Below are positions 1-10,260 of a stretch of DNA of 64,000 nt, piece after piece. The DNA lies in contig CBDBHH010000005.1 of NCBI GenBank assembly GCA_965205535.1, positions 88,151-152,150 of the forward strand, given 5' to 3'. The translations under genes and the position numbers were made by a program. The notes below the pieces were generated by a model that ran no database searches, was not told the DNA's origin, and saw nothing but the letters and a program-made list of their open reading frames with translations. The DNA comes from Alphaproteobacteria bacterium. Lineage in GTDB: Bacteria; Pseudomonadota; Alphaproteobacteria; UBA6615. How positions within the stretch are numbered: the first letter of the stretch is position 1; each line of letters opens with the position of its first letter.

Positions 1-2
1 TC

Positions 3-1850
3 GCGGTCTATGACCCTTCCGGCTTCGCGCCGGCGCTGGCCGAACTTTTCCCGCTCGCCACACTCCCGATCCGGGAAGTCCTGGTCCAGGACCTGGCCGC
101 GCTCGGCCAACCGGTGTTGGGCAAGACAACCCAGCCTGTAACCGATCTGGCGTCCTCCACCGCGTCGCATCTCCTCGTGGTCGCCTTCGACGCCGACAAG
201 GTGCTGCGCGACATCTCGCATCTCATCCCGCAAGGCATGGACGTCATCACGCTTGACGAACTTCGACTGCCCAATGACCGGCAGACCAACAAGCGACGCT
301 ATCTCGACCCGCTCAACTTCGCGACGAACTTCGCCTTTTTCCGCGATGGCCCCGATGGACGTGGTGGGCGCCTGCACACCCGGGTCGCAACAGCAAACTA
401 CTGGCACCGCTATGGCGGCGCGAATGTCACCCTGTGGCTGACGCTGATCGACGAACAGGGCGAGACCTGCGCCGAGTGGGATCTGGCTTTGCCCGACGCG
501 CCCGGTGGCGTGACGATCGACAGCGCCGAAGTCTGCGCCCGGTTCGGGCTCGAGGACTTCACAGGTCAGTTGTTTATCCATGCGATCGGTGCGACCGGGC
601 ACGACATCGTCAAATACGCCCTCGACACCTACGGCGACGACCCGCATGACCTGTCATGCACCCACGACGCCAACGCATGGCCCGCAGACTTCTATGCCGG
701 CCTCCCCGCGCCGAAGGGCGATGAACGGGTTCTGGTGTGGATTCAGAACAGCCACCCCTGCCCCATCCCGTCGGGCGCGGTCGGCCTCAACCTCATGGGC
801 GACGACCAGACGATCTGGCTAGACCGCGAGATCGAACCCTTCGGCACCTACGCGCTCGACACCGCCGATCTGCTACCCGACGCACAATGGCCCGCACAGA
901 TCGAGGTCCATGCCGGCAAGCATTTCGTGCGCCCGCGCTATGAGATCGAAATCCGTTCGAATGATCAGGTCGAACGCCGGCGCACGGCCCATGTGAATGT
1001 CGAGCGCACCGATCTGGAGCCCGACCCGCGGATCGCCGAAATCGGCAACCTGATGGGCAAGGGCTTCATCCTGCCGGCGCCGATCCTGCCGCGGGACAGT
1101 TTCCGTTCCATAGCACTGCCCACACCGATGTCGACGACCCAGGAAACCCTGCCCGTGCGCGCACTCCTCTATGACGCCGCGGGCCAGGAGGTGGGCCGGC
1201 ATGATTTCGGCGAGCTCGCACGTGCCGACAGCGTCACGCTAGAGGCGGACGATGTCCTGAATGGCTCGGATGCCCTGCGCGACAGCGCCGGCCATATGGA
1301 GCTGATTTATGATTTCGGGGTCGCGACCCGCGGGGTCGACGGCTGGCTGCACGGGCTGTTTCGCTATGAGGTGCGCGAGTCGGGTCACGCGGCGGAGACA
1401 AGCTTCGGTGCGCATATCTTCAATACCGTCCTGACCTGGAACAACGAGCCGCAATCCTATTCCGGCGCGCCGCCGGGCCTGTCGACACGGCTTTTTCTGC
1501 GCACCGACCCGGCCATGGCGGTGGGCGATCACGACCATGACACCTTCTGCCACCTGATCTATCCAGCCTCGACGCCGTGGCATGCCACATCCGAAACCCA
1601 GTTACAGCTGCATGATGGCAGCGGCCATGTCGTGGCCGAGGAAAACCTCCGGATTGCCTGCGGCGGGTCGGCCCATTTCCGTCTCAGCGAGACCTTCGAC
1701 GCGAAGGCCCGCGCTGCGGCGGCCGAACCTGGTGCAGCCGGTAGTGGCTACGTGCTGATCCGCGACACCACATGCCGCCTGTTCGGATATCATGGCCTGA
1801 TCGCGCGCGACAGGAACGCCTTCTCGCTCGATCACATGTTCGGGTTTTAG
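3..1850 (+). CDS. Conserved hypothetical protein, 5' end outside the window
   Basis: Frame of ORF 114..1850 stays open back to position 3 (AVYDPSGFAPALAELF...). Host-like codon usage and several conserved-looking His-rich motifs (HDIVKYALD, CTHDANAWP, GWLHGLF, DHMFGF). No function recognised. Confidence 0.8.
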   Translation, partial: AVYDPSGFAPALAELFPLATLPIREVLVQDLAALGQPVLGKTTQPVTDLASSTASHLLVVAFDADKVLRDISHLIPQGMDVITLDELRLPNDRQTNKRRYLDPLNFATNFAFFRDGPDGRGGRLHTRVATANYWHRYGGANVTLWLTLIDEQGETCAEWDLALPDAPGGVTIDSAEVCARFGLEDFTGQLFIHAIGATGHDIVKYALDTYGDDPHDLSCTHDANAWPADFYAGLPAPKGDERVLVWIQNSHPCPIPSGAVGLNLMGDDQTIWLDREIEPFGTYALDTADLLPDAQWPAQIEVHAGKHFVRPRYEIEIRSNDQVERRRTAHVNVERTDLEPDPRIAEIGNLMGKGFILPAPILPRDSFRSIALPTPMSTTQETLPVRALLYDAAGQEVGRHDFGELARADSVTLEADDVLNGSDALRDSAGHMELIYDFGVATRGVDGWLHGLFRYEVRESGHAAETSFGAHIFNTVLTWNNEPQSYSGAPPGLSTRLFLRTDPAMAVGDHDHDTFCHLIYPASTPWHATSETQLQLHDGSGHVVAEENLRIACGGSAHFRLSETFDAKARAAAAEPGAAGSGYVLIRDTTCRLFGYHGLIARDRNAFSLDHMFGF

Positions 1851-1937
1851 TTCGCCTTCGCTCTTCCGGAGGCCTCGCGCACACCCCGTCCCGATGCTAC
1901 CCTCGAGTTGAGGGATTAAGTTGTTTTGGGGGATTAC

Positions 1938-2789
1938 ATGAAAATTCGAACACTTGCGGCTGCGTTCGCGGCAGTCCTGTCTGCGAGCGTAACGTTTGGT
2001 TCGTCGAGCGCGTCGGCAGAAACCCTGCTGGAGCGCGGCACCTATCTGATGGAATCGATCGTCGCCTGCGGCAATTGCCACACGCCCCAGGGGCCGAATG
2101 GCCCCATCGCCGGCATGGAACTCGCCGGCGGGCTTGTGTTCGACGAGCCCGGCTTCGTCGCGGTTTCGACCAACATCACCCAGGACAAGGAAACTGGTAT
2201 CGGCGACTGGACCGACGCGCAAATCATCGCTTCCATTCGCGAAGGCAAGCGCCCGGACGGAACCACCGTCGGCCCGCCGATGCCGATCGAGATGTATCGC
2301 GGCCTGTCCGACTGGGATGTGCAGGCCATTGTCGCCTATCTGCGCACGGTGAAACCGGTGCGCAACGAAGTGCAAAAATCGAAATATGATTTCCCCCTGC
2401 CGCCGGCCTATGGCCCGCCGGTCGGCTCGGTACCATCTGTTTCACCCGACGACCGTGTCGCCTATGGCGCCTATCTGGCCGGCCCGGCCGGGCATTGCAT
2501 GGAATGCCACACGCCGTTTGCCAAGCCGGGCATGCGTGATTTCGAGAACAATCTGGGCGCCGGCGGTGTCGAGTTCCACGGCCCCTGGGGAGTCAGCACA
2601 TCGACGAACATCACGCCGTCTAACCTGAGCGACCGCAGCTACACGGACATCAGGAGCCTGATCACGACCGGCACCCGACCCGACGGTTCGCGGATGATGC
2701 CGCCGATGGCCTACCCGTACTACGCCAACATCACGGAAGAAGATCTTCAGGCAATCGTCGCCTATCTGCGCACGATTCCTGCAAGGTAG
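1938..2789 (+). CDS. Periplasmic diheme cytochrome c
   Basis: Signal peptide (MKIRTLAAAFAAVLSA...ASA), two CxxCH motifs (CGNCH, CMECH), each followed by NIT and PMP/PPM motifs. Confidence 0.9.
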   Translation: MKIRTLAAAFAAVLSASVTFGSSSASAETLLERGTYLMESIVACGNCHTPQGPNGPIAGMELAGGLVFDEPGFVAVSTNITQDKETGIGDWTDAQIIASIREGKRPDGTTVGPPMPIEMYRGLSDWDVQAIVAYLRTVKPVRNEVQKSKYDFPLPPAYGPPVGSVPSVSPDDRVAYGAYLAGPAGHCMECHTPFAKPGMRDFENNLGAGGVEFHGPWGVSTSTNITPSNLSDRSYTDIRSLITTGTRPDGSRMMPPMAYPYYANITEEDLQAIVAYLRTIPAR

Positions 2790-2800
2790 GCAGTCCCGAC

Positions 2801-3532
2801 ATGGCCGAGAAAGAGTTCGATATCGCGACCCCTGACGGGGTGATGCCCAGTTTCGCGGCCTGGCCCGATGAGCCCGGGCCCCACCCTGTCATCGTCATTT
2901 ACATGGACGCGCCGGGCATCCGCGAGGAATTGCGCGACTTCGCGCGGCGGATCGCCGGTGAGGGCTACTATGCCGTCCTGCCGGATCTCTACTACCGGCT
3001 CGGCCTGCTGCGTTTCAACCTGGCAGAACGCACCGAGAAGATGGGCGAGATGATCTTCGCCGCCTGGCACAGCCTGACCAACGCGGGCGTGGCGAGCGAC
3101 ACCGGCGCGATCCTTTCCGCGCTGGGCGAGGACCCGGCCGCCTCGGACGGGCCCATGGGCTCGGTCGGCTATTGCATGAGCGGCGCGTTCATCACCACCG
3201 TCGCAGGCCGCTTCCCCGACCGCTTCGCCGCCAACGTCTCGCTCTACGGGGTGTGGATTGTGACCGAGCATGAAGATTCCCCTCACCTGCTCGCACCCCA
3301 GATCGAGGGCGAAATGTATTACGCCTTCGCCGAGCATGACCACTGGGTGCCGGACAACGTGATCCCCGATCTCACCGCCGCACTGGATGATGCCGGCGTG
3401 CCCCACGAAATCGAGACCTTCCCGGGCACAGAGCACGGCTTCGCCTTTCCCCAGCGCCCGGTCTATCACGAGGCATCGGCCGAGATTGTCTGGGGTAAGA
3501 TGTTCGAGCTCTACGCCCGCGTGCTGGGATAG
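2801..3532 (+). CDS. Dienelactone hydrolase family protein
   Basis: GYCMSG nucleophile motif, EHD and HGF catalytic-type motifs, 243 aa. Confidence 0.9.
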   Translation: MAEKEFDIATPDGVMPSFAAWPDEPGPHPVIVIYMDAPGIREELRDFARRIAGEGYYAVLPDLYYRLGLLRFNLAERTEKMGEMIFAAWHSLTNAGVASDTGAILSALGEDPAASDGPMGSVGYCMSGAFITTVAGRFPDRFAANVSLYGVWIVTEHEDSPHLLAPQIEGEMYYAFAEHDHWVPDNVIPDLTAALDDAGVPHEIETFPGTEHGFAFPQRPVYHEASAEIVWGKMFELYARVLG

Positions 3533-3626
3533 TACTGCAAATCCCCACCGTCACACTTGCGCTCGCCCGCTCGCCTTGGGACACTCCAAGCCAACGAGAA
3601 CAACCGCATATCCGGGAGAAATCGCC

Positions 3627-4736
3627 ATGGAAACCCGCGCCGCCGTCGCCCTCGAGGCCGGCAAACCCCTGAGCATCGAAACGGTCAACCTGGACGGCCC
3701 GCGTGACGGCGAAGTGCTCGTCGAGATCAAGGCCACCGGGATCTGCCACACGGACGAATTTACCCTGTCGGGCGCAGACCCCGAAGGGCTGTTTCCCGCG
3801 ATCCTGGGCCATGAGGGCGCGGGTGTGGTTGTGGATGTGGACAAGGGCGTAACGTCGGTGAAGAAGGGGGACCACGTGATCCCGCTCTACACGCCCGAAT
3901 GCCGCGAGTGCGACTATTGCACGTCTGGCCGGACCAACCTTTGTCAGGCCATTCGCGAGACCCAGGGCCAGGGCCTGATGCCCGACGGCACGTCGCGCTT
4001 CTCCATCGGCAAGGACCGACTGTTCCACTATATGGGCACCTCGACCTTCTCCAACTACACCGTGCTGCCGGAAATCGCGGTTGCCAAGGTGCGTGAAGAC
4101 GCACCGTTCGAGAAGATCTGCTACATCGGCTGCGGTGTAACCACGGGCATCGGCGCGGTGATCAACACCGCCAAGGTCGAGCCGGGCGACAATGTGGTCG
4201 TGTTCGGTCTCGGCGGGATCGGCCTCAACGTCATCCAGGGTGCGCGCCTCGTCGGTGCCAACAAGATCGTCGGTGTCGATCTGAACCCCGCACGCAAACC
4301 GATCGCCGAGGCCTTCGGCATGACCCATTTCGTCAACCCGTCCGAAGTCGAGGGCGATCTGGTTCCCTATCTGGTCGACCTGACCGATGGCGGCGCGGAT
4401 CACTCGTTCGAGTGCATCGGCAACGTCGAGGTGATGCGCCAGGCGCTGGAATGCTGTCACAAGGGCTGGGGCAAATCGACGATCATCGGTGTCGCCCCCG
4501 CGGGTGCCGAAATCGCCACCCGGCCGTTCCAGCTTGTCACCGGCCGCACCTGGCAGGGCACGGCGTTCGGGGGCGCCAAGGGCCGTACGGATGTGCCCAA
4601 GATCGTCGACTGGTACATGGACGGTAAGATCAACATCGACGATCTGATCACCCATGTCATGCCGCTGGACCAGATCAACGACGCGTTTGACCTGATGCAC
4701 AAGGGTGAGTCGATCCGCAGCGTCGTCACGTTCTAG
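3627..4736 (+). CDS. frmA: S-(hydroxymethyl)glutathione dehydrogenase / class III alcohol dehydrogenase
   Basis: GICHTD, GHEGAG, structural Zn cysteines C-x2-C-x2-C-x7-[17 protein letters not shown]. Start set at ATG 3627 after a GGGAGA RBS. Confidence 0.95.
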   Translation: METRAAVALEAGKPLSIETVNLDGPRDGEVLVEIKATGICHTDEFTLSGADPEGLFPAILGHEGAGVVVDVDKGVTSVKKGDHVIPLYTPECRECDYCTSGRTNLCQAIRETQGQGLMPDGTSRFSIGKDRLFHYMGTSTFSNYTVLPEIAVAKVREDAPFEKICYIGCGVTTGIGAVINTAKVEPGDNVVVFGLGGIGLNVIQGARLVGANKIVGVDLNPARKPIAEAFGMTHFVNPSEVEGDLVPYLVDLTDGGADHSFECIGNVEVMRQALECCHKGWGKSTIIGVAPAGAEIATRPFQLVTGRTWQGTAFGGAKGRTDVPKIVDWYMDGKINIDDLITHVMPLDQINDAFDLMHKGESIRSVVTF

Positions 4737-4897
4737 CGTGACGTCCCAAATCGTATTCTGAACCTGACTTCACGGGTGAGTTTCCGGCAGGCGGCTTGCC
4801 TCACGCCGGTGTCCCAACTATCTAACTATGAACAACGAAGCAGGCCCGCGCACCGGCGCGTGCCGCCGCAACGATCAACACAGAGGACGCTCATCTC

Positions 4898-5869
4898 ATG
4901 TCCGAGACCCATCACTCCAAGGTTCTGATCCTTGGCTCCGGCGCTGCCGGCTGCACCGCAGCCATCTACGCCGCGCGCGCCAACCTCAAGCCGATCATGG
5001 TTCACGGCATGCAGCCGGGCGGCCAGCTGACCATCACGACGGAAGTCGAGAACTACCCGGGCTTTGCCGATGTGATCCAGGGCCCCTGGCTTATGGAACA
5101 GATGGTCGAACAGGCCGAAAAGGTGGGCACGAGGATCATGGACGACCTGATCGTCGACGTGGACTTCAGCACCCGTCCTTTCACCTGCACCGGCGATTCC
5201 GGCGATGTTTACACTGGCGACACGGTCGTCGTGGCGACGGGCGCATCCGCCAAGTGGCTCGGCCTCGAAAGCGAACAGAAATTCTCCGGCTTCGGTGTCT
5301 CGGCCTGCGCGACCTGCGACGGGTTTTTCTACCGTGACAAGCCGGTCGCCGTCATCGGCGGCGGCAACACCGCCGTCGAAGAAGCGCTGTTTCTGACAAA
5401 TTTTGCGTCCAAGGTTACCTTGATCCATCGCCGTGACGAGCTTCGCGCAGAGAAGATCATGCAGGATCGCCTGCTGCGTCACGACAAGATCGACGTCGCC
5501 TGGGATACGGTCCTCGAAGAGGTTGTGGGCACCGAAGACCCGCCGGGCGTGACCGGGGCAAAGATCAAGAACGTCAAAAGCGGCGACAACCAGGATCTGG
5601 AAGTGGACGGTGTTTTCATCGCCATCGGCCATGACCCGAATACCAAGGTCTTCCAGGGCAAGCTGGACATGGATGATGAGGGTTATCTGATCACCGCACC
5701 CGACAGCACTGCCACCAACATTCCCGGCGTCTTCGCCGCGGGTGACGTGAAAGACAAGATTTACCGTCAGGCTGTGACCGCCGCCGGTATGGGCTGCATG
5801 GCCGCACTCGAGGCCGAGAAGTTCATCGCCGCACACGAAGATGAAGTCGCACAGGACGCAGCCGAGTAA
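4898..5869 (+). CDS. trxB: Thioredoxin-disulfide reductase
   Basis: GSGAAG, GGQL, SACATCDGFF, GGGNTAVEEA, HRR, AAGDV, YRQA motifs. Confidence 0.97.
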   Translation: MSETHHSKVLILGSGAAGCTAAIYAARANLKPIMVHGMQPGGQLTITTEVENYPGFADVIQGPWLMEQMVEQAEKVGTRIMDDLIVDVDFSTRPFTCTGDSGDVYTGDTVVVATGASAKWLGLESEQKFSGFGVSACATCDGFFYRDKPVAVIGGGNTAVEEALFLTNFASKVTLIHRRDELRAEKIMQDRLLRHDKIDVAWDTVLEEVVGTEDPPGVTGAKIKNVKSGDNQDLEVDGVFIAIGHDPNTKVFQGKLDMDDEGYLITAPDSTATNIPGVFAAGDVKDKIYRQAVTAAGMGCMAALEAEKFIAAHEDEVAQDAAE

Positions 5870-5920
5870 ACCAGCGCGCACGCATCACGCAACGCGCAAG
5901 TCCCCGGGGGGAACGGCCCT

Positions 5921-6820
5921 ATGGCCATGGATTGGGACAAACTGCGGATATTTCATGCCGTCGCAGATGCCGGCAGCTTTACCCATGCGGGTGAAGCCCT
6001 GCATCTGAGCCAGTCTGCGGTCAGCCGACAGATAAGCTCGCTTGAGGACAGCCTCGGCTCGCGGTTGTTCCACCGCCATGCCCGCGGCCTGATCCTGACC
6101 GAACAGGGCGAGTTGCTGTATCGCACCGTGCATGACGTCTTCGCCAAGCTCACCATGGTCGAAGCACGCCTCACGGATTCCCAGGAACGACCGCAGGGGC
6201 CGCTGAAGATCGCCACGACGGTGGGCCTGGGGTCGCTTTGGCTGACGCCGCGCATCAACGAGTTTATCGATCTGTATCCGGACATCGAGGTGAACCTGAT
6301 CACCACCGATGAAGAGCTCGATGTCTCCATGCGCGAAGCCGATTGTGCCATCCGGCTGACCCCGCCGACCCAGGGTGACCTGATCCAGCGCCGGCTCACC
6401 CGGGTCCACACCCATGTCTTCGCATCGCCTGAATATCTGCAAAGCCGCGGGATGCCGGAAAAGGTCAGGGATCTGGCGAACCACGACCTGGTGGTTTATG
6501 GCGAGAACGTCGCCATGCCCGCACCAAACATCAATTGGCTGCTAAATGCGGTCCGCGACGCCACCAACGAGGAACCCCGCAAGGTTCTGACCCTGAACAA
6601 CCTGTATGGCATGTTCCGGGCGGTCGAAGCCGGGATCGGTGTGGCCGGATTACCGGACTTTCTGGCTCGTGAAGCCAAGAATCTGGTGCGTGTCCTGCCC
6701 GAGCTCGAAGGCCCGGGAAACGATGCGTATTTCGTATATCCGGAGGAAATGCGCAGTTCCCAGAGAATCGCGGTTTTCCGGGATTTTCTGCTGAGCAAGG
6801 TTGCTCAGACCCGCTTCTGA
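5921..6820 (+). CDS. LysR-family regulator, VtlR/LsrB type
   Basis: N-terminus MDWDKLRIFHAVADAGSFTHAG...LSQSAVSRQI resembles VtlR/LsrB, and the position directly downstream of trxB matches the rhizobial trxB-lsrB synteny. Confidence 0.9.
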   Translation: MAMDWDKLRIFHAVADAGSFTHAGEALHLSQSAVSRQISSLEDSLGSRLFHRHARGLILTEQGELLYRTVHDVFAKLTMVEARLTDSQERPQGPLKIATTVGLGSLWLTPRINEFIDLYPDIEVNLITTDEELDVSMREADCAIRLTPPTQGDLIQRRLTRVHTHVFASPEYLQSRGMPEKVRDLANHDLVVYGENVAMPAPNINWLLNAVRDATNEEPRKVLTLNNLYGMFRAVEAGIGVAGLPDFLAREAKNLVRVLPELEGPGNDAYFVYPEEMRSSQRIAVFRDFLLSKVAQTRF

Positions 6821-6861
6821 ATCTCAGCTTGTCGACAAGCGGTTGAAATCAAACAACATAT

Positions 6862-6884
6862 AGATATGCAATTCATGCATATCT
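6862..6884. promoter_or_regulatory. Palindromic LysR-type operator
   Basis: Perfect inverted repeat AGATATGCA-attca-TGCATATCT containing T-N11-A (TGCAATTCATGCA), about 45 bp upstream of a candidate -10 (CTATCT, 6926-6931). Confidence 0.65.
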
Positions 6885-6939
6885 GGTTAACCGTTTTGCC
6901 GTCTCCTCCTCGGAGCGTCGGCGCACTATCTATTGAGTA

Positions 6940-7086
6940 CACACGGTGCAACACGCACCACGCCGCTGGTTTGTCCCTCCCAGTAAACCAGTGGCTTCGA
7001 GGCCCCTGAACATGGCCTCGGCGTCTCCCAAGACGTAACGCCTCCCCGTTCACCTGCCGGGCCCTTCGGGGCCCGGCTTTATTTTT
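6940..7086 (+). ncRNA. AbcR-like trans-acting small RNA (putative)
   Basis: Consecutive hairpins: GCCGCTGGTTT/AAACCAGTGGC with loop GTCCCTCCCAGT; CGAGGCC/GGCCTCG; CGTCT-CCCA-AGACG; then an intrinsic terminator. Two CUCCCA anti-SD motifs, located downstream of the lsrB/vtlR-like gene. 5' end approximate. Confidence 0.7.
7056..7086 (+). terminator. Rho-independent terminator
   Basis: GCCGGGCCC-TTCG-GGGCCCGGC followed by TTTATTTTT. Confidence 0.9.
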
Positions 7087-7158
7087 CGAATATGAGAGGT
7101 TTGCGCAGGCATGCTTTGCACCGCCTGAAGAGGCGCAGGTGCAGGGCTACGCTAATGT

Positions 7159-8136
7159 CTAGCGGAAGTAGGAATCGCCTGCATCGGCCGGATACATACC
7201 GGCGACGAACTCGCCATAGCCATTATACAGACGCGTCGGCACCCGATCGCTCTGGCGGCCGCCGAGCAGCCATTCGGTCGCCTGGCTCCAGCGGGGATGG
7301 TCGATCTCCGGATTGACGTTGGCCCAGAAGCCGTACTCCTTGTCCTGAAGCGACTCCCAGAACGTCTTGGGTTGCTTGTCCGTGAACGAGAAGCGGATGA
7401 CCGACTTGATCGACTTGAAGCCGTATTTCCAGGGCACCGCCAGGCGCAGCGGTGCACCGTTTTGCGGCGGCACCGGCTTGCCGTAGAGGCCTGTGACCAT
7501 GAAGGCGAGATCGTTGGTCGCCTCTTCCATCGTCAGGCCTTCCTGATAGGGCCACGGATACCAGAACTGGCGTAGCCCCGGCATCTCCGCCTTGCTCTCC
7601 GCGATCGTCTGCATCATCACATACTTGGCGCCGGACGTTGGCTTGGCGAGCTTCACAAGCTCCTTCATGGCGAAGCCCGACCAGGGCACCGTCATCGCCC
7701 AGGCCTCGACGCAACGATGGCGGTAGACCCGCTCCTCGAGCTGGACCTGCTTCAGCAGATCATCGATCCCGATCTCGAATTCCTTCTCGACCATGCCGTC
7801 GATAATGATGTTCCACGGTCGGGTCTGGAGCCGCTGGGCGGCGCGCGATATCTGCTTGTGGGAACCGAACTCGTAGAAATTATTGTAGGAGATGGCCTCT
7901 TTCTCTTCCGTCAGCGGGCGCTCGACCGTGTATTTCTCGTTGCGCGGCACCGGGTAGAGGCTGGCAGACGGGTCCGTCGCAGCCATCGCCATGCCGGTCG
8001 GCAATACGCTCGCGGTCGCCGCAACGGCAGGCGCGATGCCCAGCGCTTTCACGATCTGACGGCGATTGAGATAGATGTCCTCGGGTGTGACCGCACTCTC
8101 GGGCAGTTCCCAGCCCCGTTTCACCTTGACCAGCAT
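7159..8136 (-). CDS. msrP: Protein-methionine-sulfoxide reductase catalytic subunit
   Basis: Tat motif NRRQIVK, YNNFYEFG, RHRCVEAW, QNGAPLRLAVPWKYGFKSIKS, YGFWANVNP, HPRWSQATE. Confidence 0.95.
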   Translation of the reverse strand: MLVKVKRGWELPESAVTPEDIYLNRRQIVKALGIAPAVAATASVLPTGMAMAATDPSASLYPVPRNEKYTVERPLTEEKEAISYNNFYEFGSHKQISRAAQRLQTRPWNIIIDGMVEKEFEIGIDDLLKQVQLEERVYRHRCVEAWAMTVPWSGFAMKELVKLAKPTSGAKYVMMQTIAESKAEMPGLRQFWYPWPYQEGLTMEEATNDLAFMVTGLYGKPVPPQNGAPLRLAVPWKYGFKSIKSVIRFSFTDKQPKTFWESLQDKEYGFWANVNPEIDHPRWSQATEWLLGGRQSDRVPTRLYNGYGEFVAGMYPADAGDSYFR

Positions 8137-8285
8137 GTCATTCTCCGTTCGTGACTGCGCAAATCCATGCGCCGTGCCCATACGATGGGGATGCGCACGC
8201 GCGAAAACAAGTCACGGCTGCTTGAAAACCGCCAAACGGAATAAACTAGTTGTTCCGGTGTTACCGCCCGGAAAAAGGGGGGAAA

Positions 8286-9497
8286 TCAGGCAGATTGCGC
8301 CGAAAGAAGCCGTTCGACAGGCTCATCTCGGATCGGCCAGTGGAGCGCCGCCGCAAGCAACCCAAGCAGGATCGAGGTGAACCAGACGGCATTGTAGTCA
8401 CCGGTCACATCGAAGTTCAGGCCGCCAAGCCAGGCGCCGAGGAACGCGCCGATCTGATGACTGAAGAACACCAGCCCGAACAGCATGCCCAGATGGCGTG
8501 CGCCGAACATCTTGGCCACGACACCGCTGGTCAGGGGTACCGTCGACAGCCAAAGCAGGCCGAACACGCCCGAGAAGATGTAGATCGTCATCTCGGTCTT
8601 CGGCATCAGCATCATCCAGGCGATGAGCAAGGCGCGAGCCAGATAAATCAGGCTGAGCAGGTTTTTCTGCTTGAACCGATTGCTGAGCAAGCCGGCTGTA
8701 TAGGTGCCGATGATGTTGCCACCGCCGATCATGAACAGCGCCCATCCTCCGACGGTCGCCGCGAGCCCGCACCAGGCGACGAAGCCCGGCAGATGGGTGC
8801 CGATGAACGTGACGTGGAACCCGCAGACAAAGAAACCGGCGACCAGGAGCAGATAGCCGCGGCTCTTGCGGGCTTCGCCAAGCGCCTGGGCCCAGCTCTG
8901 CGACGCTTCGCCAGTCTCGTGGTCGGCCTTGCCACGTATCAGCGCGCCAAGCGGTATCATCAACGCCACCACCCCGGCTGTCGCTATCAGCGAAACTTCC
9001 CAGCCGAAGCCACCAATCACGATCTGGGTTACCGGGGGCAGCAGAAACGGCCCAAGCGCGCCGATCGTGCTGACGATGGCCATGGCGTAGGTGCGTTTTT
9101 CGGGCGCCACCATCCGCGCAACCGCACCATAGACCACGGCCATGCCGACGCCGCTCATACCGATGCCGATCAGAACGCCACCGGAGATCAACAACTCTGT
9201 CGGCGTGATGGCGCTCGCCATACCCAAAACGCCAACCGCATAACAAATGGCACCGCCAACGATGACGCGGCCGGAACCGTAGCGATCGGCCAGCCCCCCG
9301 ATGAAGGGTTGCGATGCCCCCCAAACAAGATTCTGAAGCCCCATGGCAATTCCGAAGAGCTCACGGCTCCAGTCCAGGTCGATGGTCATCGGCACGAGGT
9401 ACAACCCGAGCACCTGGCGGACGCCGAGTACAACCGCGAGCAGAGCCGCGCCTGCACCCATCACCATTACCTGTTGTCGGTTGAGTGCCAGAGACAT
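8286..9497 (-). CDS. MFS transporter
   Basis: About 12 hydrophobic segments, GGLADRYGSGRV motif A, FFVCGFH and SHQIGAFLG motifs. Confidence 0.9.
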   Translation of the reverse strand: MSLALNRQQVMVMGAGAALLAVVLGVRQVLGLYLVPMTIDLDWSRELFGIAMGLQNLVWGASQPFIGGLADRYGSGRVIVGGAICYAVGVLGMASAITPTELLISGGVLIGIGMSGVGMAVVYGAVARMVAPEKRTYAMAIVSTIGALGPFLLPPVTQIVIGGFGWEVSLIATAGVVALMIPLGALIRGKADHETGEASQSWAQALGEARKSRGYLLLVAGFFVCGFHVTFIGTHLPGFVAWCGLAATVGGWALFMIGGGNIIGTYTAGLLSNRFKQKNLLSLIYLARALLIAWMMLMPKTEMTIYIFSGVFGLLWLSTVPLTSGVVAKMFGARHLGMLFGLVFFSHQIGAFLGAWLGGLNFDVTGDYNAVWFTSILLGLLAAALHWPIRDEPVERLLSAQSA

Positions 9498-9637
9498 AGA
9501 GACCTTCCGGTGTCGTAAGCTGAAAGCATGCGCCGAATATCGTCGCACCCATTACACAAGATTGCGTGATGGCGAGAACATCGGCTTCGCGCCACCAAAA
9601 GTCGAGACCTGATATGAAGTGACCGAAAAGTCAGTTC

Positions 9638-10192
9638 CTAGAGTTCCTGACCGCGCACCCGTTGCTTCAGGTCGCGAATGAGGGCCTGCATGCCCGGCAG
9701 CCGGGGGTGAACCTTCACCGCGTCCTCGAACGCCTTGAGCGCCGCATCGCCGTTCCCGCGCAGCATCTCGATCTGTCCCAGGCCGCTGAGAGCGCCGAAA
9801 TGCCGCGGCTCCAGCGCCAGGGTCTGCTTCACATCGGCCGATGAAAGCGCGAGCTTGCCCTGGATGAAATAGACCGTGGCCCGCTTGTTCCACGCCTCCG
9901 CATAGTCCGGCGCCTGGTCGATCAACGCGGTGTAGACCTCCACCGCGTCGTCGAAGCGCCGGTCGGCCATGGCCTTGATTCCAATATGCATCAACCGGGT
10001 GTTTTCACTGTCCTCGTGCGCAATCCACGTCGTCCAGATCAGATTCTCCGCGGCCCGCACCTCAAGCTGCTCTTCGCTCGATTGCAGGATCAGAAACAGG
10101 TTATCGAGACGCGGATCTGTCTGGTCCGCATTGGCCGGTCGTGACCCGGCGACGGCAACCACAAGCAGGAGTGCGAAACAAAGCGTGCGCAT
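9638..10192 (-). CDS. Exported tetratricopeptide-repeat protein
   Basis: Signal peptide, DQTDPRLDNLF, AEAWNKRAT and LEPRHFGALSGLG TPR motifs. Confidence 0.85.
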   Translation of the reverse strand: MRTLCFALLLVVAVAGSRPANADQTDPRLDNLFLILQSSEEQLEVRAAENLIWTTWIAHEDSENTRLMHIGIKAMADRRFDDAVEVYTALIDQAPDYAEAWNKRATVYFIQGKLALSSADVKQTLALEPRHFGALSGLGQIEMLRGNGDAALKAFEDAVKVHPRLPGMQALIRDLKQRVRGQEL

Positions 10193-10260
10193 GGCCCGAT
10201 TATGCGACGGCTCGGATGGATCGCTCAAGTGGGTACATGCATGTCCACAAAGATGTGATT

